From assembly GCA_030065025.1 (NCBI GenBank), contig JASJDY010000015.1:2281-66280 (forward strand): 64,000 bases of DNA, written 5' to 3'. The DNA is from Planctomycetota bacterium. GTDB lineage: Bacteria; Planctomycetota; PLA2; JAEUHO01. The position numbers and the translations under genes are program-made. The notes beneath the pieces are model-generated. The model ran no database searches. It worked only from the letters and a program-made list of their open reading frames with translations, and was not told the origin of the DNA. Positions within the stretch are counted from its first letter, which is position 1. Every line of letters starts with the position of its first letter. This document shows, in pieces, positions 58,605 through 64,000 of the stretch.

Positions 58605-61394
58605 TTACTGGTCGGACTCGTAGCGGATCAGCCAGTCGTCGATGTACGAGCCGGCGTCCAGCGCCCCGAAGCCCGTGGGCAGGAAGAACGTGATCCGGAT
58701 CTGGATGTACTCGCTGCCGTTCAGGTTCGAGATGCCGTCACCCACGTTGTCCAGCGGCCTCAGAGCCGGTGCGACCTGGCCCGTGTGCCAGTCCGGCATC
58801 GTGTCCTGACCGCTCGTCGTGAAGTAGCCCACGGTGTGCCAGCCCACGGTCGGCGCCGCGGAAGGCGTCCCGTTGCGCAGGAGCTCGAAGCCCCGCGCCT
58901 CGATCAGCATCCGCGTGTCGCCGGGCGCTCCGGCCGCGAGCACCGGAATGCCCGCGCGGAAGTCCGTCTGACCGCCGTAGACCTGCTCCGGATCCTTGAA
59001 CTCGGGATCGAACGCCCCGACGAGGATCGGCTCCGAGAGCGCGACGGGCCTCAAGCCACCGCCCGCGAAGCGGGACGCGTCGAACACGCCGCGGTAGAAG
59101 CCCTGCTGCCCTTCGACCGGCGAGAGGCTCGCGCTGCCCTGCCCGGAGATGATCGAGTCGCCATCCTCGAGCACGAGGCGGCCGGTGCCGCCCGCGCCAC
59201 CGTCGTTGGACTGCGCCGCGCCACCGTAGGTCGACGTCGCGCCCAGGCCGCCCACACCACCGGAGCAGTTGAGCGTACCGCCCGAAACGTCGATGTTGTG
59301 CGGCGTCAGCAGGCGGATGCCGCCGCCGGAGCCACCGCCACCACCGCCCGTAAACGGACGGTTGATGTAGTACAGCGAGCCCTGGCCGCCATCGCCGCCG
59401 GACGCGTCGATCGTGCCGTAGATCCGGATGTTGCCGTTGCTCGTGATGTCCACGAAGCCGCCGCCGCCGCCGCCGGCACCGCCGGAGTGTCGGTAGTACG
59501 ACGAGTTGTTCGGACCGGTGCACCAGCCCGCGGCGCCGCCGCCCGAGCCGGCCGAAGGCTGCAGCATGCGCTCGACGCTGGCGCCGAGCGGATACACCGC
59601 GCCGCCCGCGCCGTCGCGCGGCGCCTGCCACACGCCGCCGCTGGCCGCGTTCGCTTCGCCGGACTCACCGGCCGTCGCGTGGCCGCCGCCACCGCCCGAA
59701 GCGGAGCTCGGGTACGAGGTGTAGGACGAGGTGCTGACCGCCGCGTTGCCGTGGCCGGCCCCGTGACCGCCCTGCGGCAGCACGTCGTAGTCCGGAGAGC
59801 CGTAGCCGACGTAGCCGTGCTCGCCGAGCTTCGCGGTCCCGTTCGCCGCCGGCGAGTCGCCGCCGGCACCGCCGCCCGCTACGCCATCACCGCCGCGCGC
59901 TGCTGCGGCCTGACCCTGCGGGTAGTTCTTGCCGTCCTGACCGTCGTCTCCGCGCAGGACCAAGCGCCCGCCCTCCTCGATCGTGACGTCGCCACGCACG
60001 AGGATGATCGCGGGATTCACGCCCACGATCTGCACGGTGATCGACGGACCGATGTAGAAGCTCGCGAACTCCCACACGACGGCCGTCGAGCCGTCCACGG
60101 CGTTCGGGCACGTGTTGACGACCGAGCCCGTGTCGAGGACCGCGTTGCCGGTCGGCGCGAAGTGGTCGAGGCTGCCGTCGTTCACGTCACGCATGAGCGT
60201 GCAGGCGGGCGGATCGTCCTCGGGCGCCGTCGGCGTGAGGATGCCGCTGCCGTTGTCGCCGTCGCCCGCGAAGAGCAGGAAGCCCTGCACCTTGCTCGGG
60301 CAGATCCCCTCCACGTTCACCTTGGCCGTGGTCAGTGCGGGGTCGTACTCGGTCTCCCCCTCGTTCTCGAGCAGGTAGCTGCCCTCCTCGCGCGGCCGGT
60401 TCTCGGTCGTGAAGCTGATCGTGTAGGGCGTGAGGGCCTGGTTGCCGAGGTCCTCCAGGCCGAACGTCATCTCGACCACGATCAAGGCGTTCTCGGGGAA
60501 GCGTCCGAAGAGCGGCGTGACGCGCATCCGCGTGCCCTGGAACGACTGGTCGAGGCTGAGCGTCGCGGGGATGACCTGCGGGTTGGGCATCAGGCTGGTC
60601 GTGCCGAGGGCGCCCCAGGTGTACGGATCGGGCGACTGGTCGGACGTGTCGCCCGAAGCCGTGGCGAAGCCCGAGTCGCGGTCGTTCGGCGCCTTCACCT
60701 TGACGTTCGGATCACCCGTCTCGCACATGAGGAAGCGCACGGACGCCGTGTCGATCGAGCACGGATGCAGGTTCTCGCTGAACTCCACGACGACCGCGTT
60801 GCCGGCCTCGACGGCCACGGCCTGGCTGCCGTTCTCCGGGAACGTACCCGTCACGACAGGGCCGGACGACGGGACCGGGTCCATGAACAGGTCGGGCGCG
60901 TCATCGGCCAGCGTGTGGAACTCGTACGTCAGCGTGGTCGTGAGCGACTGACCCGAGGTGTTGCGGACCGCGAACTCCTCGGGGCTGCCGATGATCTGGA
61001 CGCGGTACTGCGTGTCCGGTGTGAGACCCGCATCCGACAGGTCGCAGAGCCCGGGCAGCCTGGGTTCGTACCAGACCGTCGCACCATCGACGATCAGCTC
61101 ACCAGGAGCGGTCACGCCGAACGACGGACCCTGGCGGATCTGGATCGACGCGTTGTTGATCGTCGCCGGATCGACCGGCTCGCTGAAGTCCAGACGGAGC
61201 CTGCAGTTGAGCGGCACGTTGTCGAGCGCAGCATCCGAGAAGCTGAGCAACTCGAGGCCTTGACCGGCGCCGTCCGGGCCGGGGCCTCCGCCGGCCCCGC
61301 CGCAGGCGGCCGGACCGAGTGCCATGAAGAGAACGATCCCCGCAAGTGCGAGGCGCGAGCCGAGCGTGAACATCCGCAACCCTTCTACGGTCAT
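58605..61394 (-). CDS. Large secreted, probably lipidated protein with a Gly-rich repetitive C-terminal half (beta-helix/beta-roll-like).
   Basis: It has a signal peptide with a Cys (LFMALGPAACGG). The C-terminal region is dominated by GGxGG and GGAGG repeats. The start was set at MTVEGLRMF, with an alternative ATG 21 nt downstream. Confidence 0.6.
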   Translation of the reverse strand: MTVEGLRMFTLGSRLALAGIVLFMALGPAACGGAGGGPGPDGAGQGLELLSFSDAALDNVPLNCRLRLDFSEPVDPATINNASIQIRQGPSFGVTAPGELIVDGATVWYEPRLPGLCDLSDAGLTPDTQYRVQIIGSPEEFAVRNTSGQSLTTTLTYEFHTLADDAPDLFMDPVPSSGPVVTGTFPENGSQAVAVEAGNAVVVEFSENLHPCSIDTASVRFLMCETGDPNVKVKAPNDRDSGFATASGDTSDQSPDPYTWGALGTTSLMPNPQVIPATLSLDQSFQGTRMRVTPLFGRFPENALIVVEMTFGLEDLGNQALTPYTISFTTENRPREEGSYLLENEGETEYDPALTTAKVNVEGICPSKVQGFLLFAGDGDNGSGILTPTAPEDDPPACTLMRDVNDGSLDHFAPTGNAVLDTGSVVNTCPNAVDGSTAVVWEFASFYIGPSITVQIVGVNPAIILVRGDVTIEEGGRLVLRGDDGQDGKNYPQGQAAAARGGDGVAGGGAGGDSPAANGTAKLGEHGYVGYGSPDYDVLPQGGHGAGHGNAAVSTSSYTSYPSSASGGGGGHATAGESGEANAASGGVWQAPRDGAGGAVYPLGASVERMLQPSAGSGGGAAGWCTGPNNSSYYRHSGGAGGGGGGFVDITSNGNIRIYGTIDASGGDGGQGSLYYINRPFTGGGGGGSGGGIRLLTPHNIDVSGGTLNCSGGVGGLGATSTYGGAAQSNDGGAGGTGRLVLEDGDSIISGQGSASLSPVEGQQGFYRGVFDASRFAGGGLRPVALSEPILVGAFDPEFKDPEQVYGGQTDFRAGIPVLAAGAPGDTRMLIEARGFELLRNGTPSAAPTVGWHTVGYFTTSGQDTMPDWHTGQVAPALRPLDNVGDGISNLNGSEYIQIRITFFLPTGFGALDAGSYIDDWLIRYESDQ

Positions 61395-61605
61395 ACGGTC
61401 GGGGTCAGGGCCGTCCGGCTCGCAATGGATGGCCCGCCCCGGTCGCGATGAACCGACTGTCTGTGGGTATGCGGCACCCACGCTCCCGTAGCTCGAGCAA
61501 CGGGTGCCTACATACGGAACGCCGGATTATCGCACGTATTCCTCTGCTCCGTCTGCAATCCCGGCGCAGAAAGGACCATCGTGACACTGCGCAAGGTGCG
61601 TGAGA

Positions 61606-61620
61606 TTGCGCACTGCGCAA
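61606..61620. promoter_or_regulatory. Perfect 15-bp palindrome TTGCGCACTGCGCAA, with an additional ACTGCGCAA half-site about 20 bp upstream (around 61586-61594); candidate operator.
   Basis: It was read directly in the 254-bp intergenic region upstream of the large lipoprotein gene (minus strand), about 210 bp from its start codon, and just downstream of the apbE stop. Confidence 0.35.
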
Positions 61621-61647
61621 TGTCGCGCACACGCGTTCGACGTACGA

Positions 61648-62610
61648 CTACGTCGCTTCGGTGAACGCCGCGGTCGCGGCCGCGTCGGCCTCCATGCACG
61701 TGGCGCGTACGACGGTCACGCTGTGCGTGTCGCCGGCATGCGGTGCCGCCGTCTCGGGGTCGAGCAGATGGTGATAGCGCCGTCCCGCGTGATCGAAGTA
61801 GCGCCGGTAGTCGCCGCTCGTGGCGACGGCCTCGTCACGCACTTCGAGCGTGCGGGAGAGCCGGGCTGGATCGTGCGCGTCGCGCACGCCGACGCGCCAG
61901 GCGTCGCCGTCGGCGCTGTGCCCCAGCGCGACGAGATCACCACCGACGTTGACGAGCGCGTCCTCGATGCCGTGCGCGTGCAGGGCGGCCGCGGCGCGGT
62001 CGACAGCCCACCCCTTGGCGATGCCGCCGAGGTCGAGAGCAACGCCACGGTCGCGGAAGCGCACGGCTCCGCCGCGCTCGTCGCGGTCGAGCTCGAGCGC
62101 CTGCCACAGGCCCCGTCCGGCCAGTGCGTCGACGCGGTCGGCGGACGGCGGCGTGCGCCGCCGGGTGACGTCCCACAGCTCGCTGGCACGACCGAGACAG
62201 GGATCGAACCGGCCGTCCGTCGCCCGCGCCCAGCGGAGCGCGGCTGCGATCACCTCGGCCGTCTCCGGCGCGATGCGCACGACATCGTCGTGGGCCAGAC
62301 GGTTGGCCCGGCCGACGTCGGAGTCGGACAGGAAGCGCGACATGCGCCGCTCGGTGACGCGCAGCACGTCGAAAGCGGCGTCGATGGCGATGCGCGCCTG
62401 CTCGGCATCTGCGTGCACCACGGCGACCTCGGCGATCGTCCCCATCACGGGCACGCGGCGGCGGTGGATGCGTCGGCGGCCGCGCGCGGCCCACGGCACG
62501 GCCGCGGCGACGAACACGCCGGCGCCGAGCGTGAGCAGGTGACGTCGGTCGAGAGCGAGCGGGGATCGCTTCCTCTGCGGGTCAGTCATGGATGCGCTCC
62601 GGTCGGTCAC
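61648..62610 (-). CDS. apbE: ApbE-family FAD:protein FMN transferase (flavin transferase) with a Tat-type signal.
   Basis: It has a twin-arginine motif (DRRHLLTLGAG) and ApbE-like sequence (GGIAKGWAVDRAAAAL...SGDYRRYFDH). It is adjacent to Rnf/Nqr-type genes. Confidence 0.75.
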   Translation of the reverse strand: MTDRSASMTDPQRKRSPLALDRRHLLTLGAGVFVAAAVPWAARGRRRIHRRRVPVMGTIAEVAVVHADAEQARIAIDAAFDVLRVTERRMSRFLSDSDVGRANRLAHDDVVRIAPETAEVIAAALRWARATDGRFDPCLGRASELWDVTRRRTPPSADRVDALAGRGLWQALELDRDERGGAVRFRDRGVALDLGGIAKGWAVDRAAAALHAHGIEDALVNVGGDLVALGHSADGDAWRVGVRDAHDPARLSRTLEVRDEAVATSGDYRRYFDHAGRRYHHLLDPETAAPHAGDTHSVTVVRATCMEADAAATAAFTEAT

Positions 62611-62755
62611 AGGGGGTCTCGCAGGCGCTGCAGCGCTCGGAGAGACGCCCTTCGTCGGTGAAGTCGAAGGCGAGGCGCGGCGCGCGGCCTCGCGTCAGGA
62701 GCCCGAGCACGACGAAAGCCGCGGTCAGGCCGAGGATGGTCCACAGTGCGCTCAT
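62582..62755 (-). CDS. Small membrane protein (57 aa) with one TM helix and a Cys cluster (CSACETPC); NqrM-like, tentative.
   Basis: It is the C-terminal segment of ORF 62582-63352, starting at the internal Met (MSALWTILGLTAAFVVLGLL). Its ATG overlaps the rnfA stop in an ATGA arrangement. It is sandwiched between rnfA and apbE. Confidence 0.4.
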   Translation of the reverse strand: MSALWTILGLTAAFVVLGLLTRGRAPRLAFDFTDEGRLSERCSACETPCDRPERIHD

Positions 62756-63333
62756 GCGGAGCTCAGCAATCCGGCGAAGCCCATGAAGGCCAGGGACAGA
62801 CTCCCGGCGATGATGAGGACGAGGGCCATACCCCGCGCGATGCGCGGCACGTCGGCGCGATCGGTTTCCTCGCGGATGCTCGCCATGAGCACGAGCGCGA
62901 GCGTCAGGCCGAGCCCGGCGCCGATCGCGTAGAAGAGGCCCTCGAAGAAGCCGTACGCCTTGTTGGTCTGGAAGATGGCGAGACCCAGGATCGCGCAGTT
63001 CGTCGTGATCAACGGCAGGAAGATGCCGAGCTGGCGGAACAGCGTCGGGCTCAGCTTCTTGATCGCCATCTCGACGATCTGCACGAGCGAGGCGATCACG
63101 ACGATGAACGAGATCACGCGCAGGAACGGTGCGTGGGGCAGGACGAAGTTGTTGAGGATCCACGCGCTGATCGACGTGAGCGTCAGCACGAAGATGTTGG
63201 CCATGCCCATGCGGACCGCGGTGGCGATGCGCCCCGAGACCCCCATGAACGGGCACAGGCCGAGGAAGTAGTAGAGCGTGAAGTTGTTGACGACCATCGC
63301 GCCGATCAGGATGCCGAAGAGGGAGTCGCTCAT
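62752..63333 (-). CDS. rnfA: Rnf complex subunit A (RnfA/NqrE family).
   Basis: It reads MSDSLFGILIGAMVVNNFTLYYFLGLCPFMGVS...GIFLPLITTNCAILG...SLAFMGF, a very close match to RnfA signature segments. Confidence 0.8.
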   Translation of the reverse strand: MSDSLFGILIGAMVVNNFTLYYFLGLCPFMGVSGRIATAVRMGMANIFVLTLTSISAWILNNFVLPHAPFLRVISFIVVIASLVQIVEMAIKKLSPTLFRQLGIFLPLITTNCAILGLAIFQTNKAYGFFEGLFYAIGAGLGLTLALVLMASIREETDRADVPRIARGMALVLIIAGSLSLAFMGFAGLLSSA

Positions 63334-63956
63334 GCCGCGCCCTCCGCCGCACGCCGCTCGCGACGCTGCGTCCACCAGTTGAGACCGAGCAGCCAGAACC
63401 CCAGCGCGAGGAAGCCGCCCGGCGGCAGCACCATCACGAGCCACGGCTCGAAGTTGTCGCCGAACAGCGAGACCCCGAGGAAGCTCCCGCTGCCGAGGAT
63501 CTCGCGGACCGCGCCCATCATCACGAGCGCGATGATGAAGCCGAAGCCGGTGCCCAGCGCGTCGAGCAGCGCGCGTCCGACGCTCTGCTTCGAGGCGTAC
63601 GCTTCCTGACGGCCGAGGATCATGCAGTTGACGACGATGAGCGCGATGTAGGCGCCGAGCGCCTTGTGCAGGCCGGGCGTCCAGGCCGCGAGGCTCATGT
63701 CCACGATCGTGACGAACGTCGCGATGATCAGGATGTACGTGGTGATGCGTACCTCGTGCGGGATGAAGCGCTTGAACGTGGAGACCAGCAGGCTCGAGCC
63801 GGTCAGCACGAACAGCGTCGCCATGCCCATGGCGATGCTGTTCATCACGGTGTTCGTGACGGCGAGCGCCGGGCAGAGACCCAGCATGTGGATCATGACT
63901 GGGTTCTCGCGCCAGACGCCGCGGAAGAGGGTCTCGGAGCGCGTGGGATCACTCAT
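63330..63956 (-). CDS. rnfE: Rnf complex subunit E (RnfE/NqrD family).
   Basis: It reads LGLCPALAVT...ALIVVNCMILGRQEAYA...VLPPGGFLALG. The LPPGxF segment favours RnfE over NqrD. The start was set at MSDPTRSE. Confidence 0.75.
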   Translation of the reverse strand: MSDPTRSETLFRGVWRENPVMIHMLGLCPALAVTNTVMNSIAMGMATLFVLTGSSLLVSTFKRFIPHEVRITTYILIIATFVTIVDMSLAAWTPGLHKALGAYIALIVVNCMILGRQEAYASKQSVGRALLDALGTGFGFIIALVMMGAVREILGSGSFLGVSLFGDNFEPWLVMVLPPGGFLALGFWLLGLNWWTQRRERRAAEGAA

Positions 63957-64000
63957 CGCCCGCCCTCCGCCTGCGCGAGCCACGCGTCGATCCGAGGCCC

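Noticed and set aside
62582-63352. The full 256-aa minus-strand ORF overlapping rnfA in another frame.
   Set aside because: Only its last 57 codons, downstream of the rnfA stop, look protein-like (a TM helix plus a Cys motif). The upstream 199 codons overlap rnfA and translate to Arg/Pro/His-rich nonsense.

Overview
This window is very GC-rich (about 70%) and densely coding. It reads like a Gram-negative genome of Myxococcota-, Gemmatimonadota- or Planctomycetota-like style, but that is only an inference. All calls rest on reading the six-frame ORF track, motifs and gene order; no searches were run. Raw-counted coordinates can be off by 1-2 nt, so ORF-track coordinates were preferred.

The five main loci are:
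1. **Pel-type exopolysaccharide locus (2-10482).** PelB (TPR region plus porin-like C-terminus, truncated at the 5' window edge) is followed directly by PelD (GAF plus degenerate GGDEF), PelE, PelF (GT4) and PelG. A GH114-only PelA hydrolase lies convergently downstream. There is no PelC and no CE4 deacetylase module. Two LpxL/HtrB-family acyltransferase paralogs sit next to it.
2. **Co-directional operon-like array of about 19 kb (21192-40637).** Two paralogous secreted proteins of about 668 aa are followed by a membrane coiled-coil gene whose Gly/Ser-rich tail carries four in-frame TGA codons inside a short tandem repeat. The array then continues with a MoxR AAA+ ATPase, a 1459-aa TPR/PQQ-propeller protein, DUF58, two BatA-like vWA membrane proteins, a DCC(DUF393)-membrane fusion and a Ser/Thr kinase.
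3. **Adhesin and porin pair.** A surface lipoprotein of about 2000 aa with about 20 SdrD/Cna-B-type repeats (40647-46724) is transcribed divergently from an OprO/P-like porin (46888-48441).
4. **Minus-strand cluster (50929-61394).** In order of transcription: a Gly-rich lipoprotein, a BNR/Sortilin propeller with a PDZ insertion, an unknown protein, an orphan receiver, a diadenylate-cyclase-like protein whose RHR catalytic motif is RYN, and CorA.
5. **Rnf/Nqr-type genes** (rnfE-rnfA-small Cys-rich membrane protein-ApbE; the window cuts off just upstream of rnfE).

Other content: MBL-fold hydrolase, S1-domain protein, DUF2130, HEAT/vWA secreted protein, VOC/glyoxalase, ABC-F ATPase, a six-copy 22-nt palindromic tandem repeat, and a perfect 15-bp palindrome in a promoter region.
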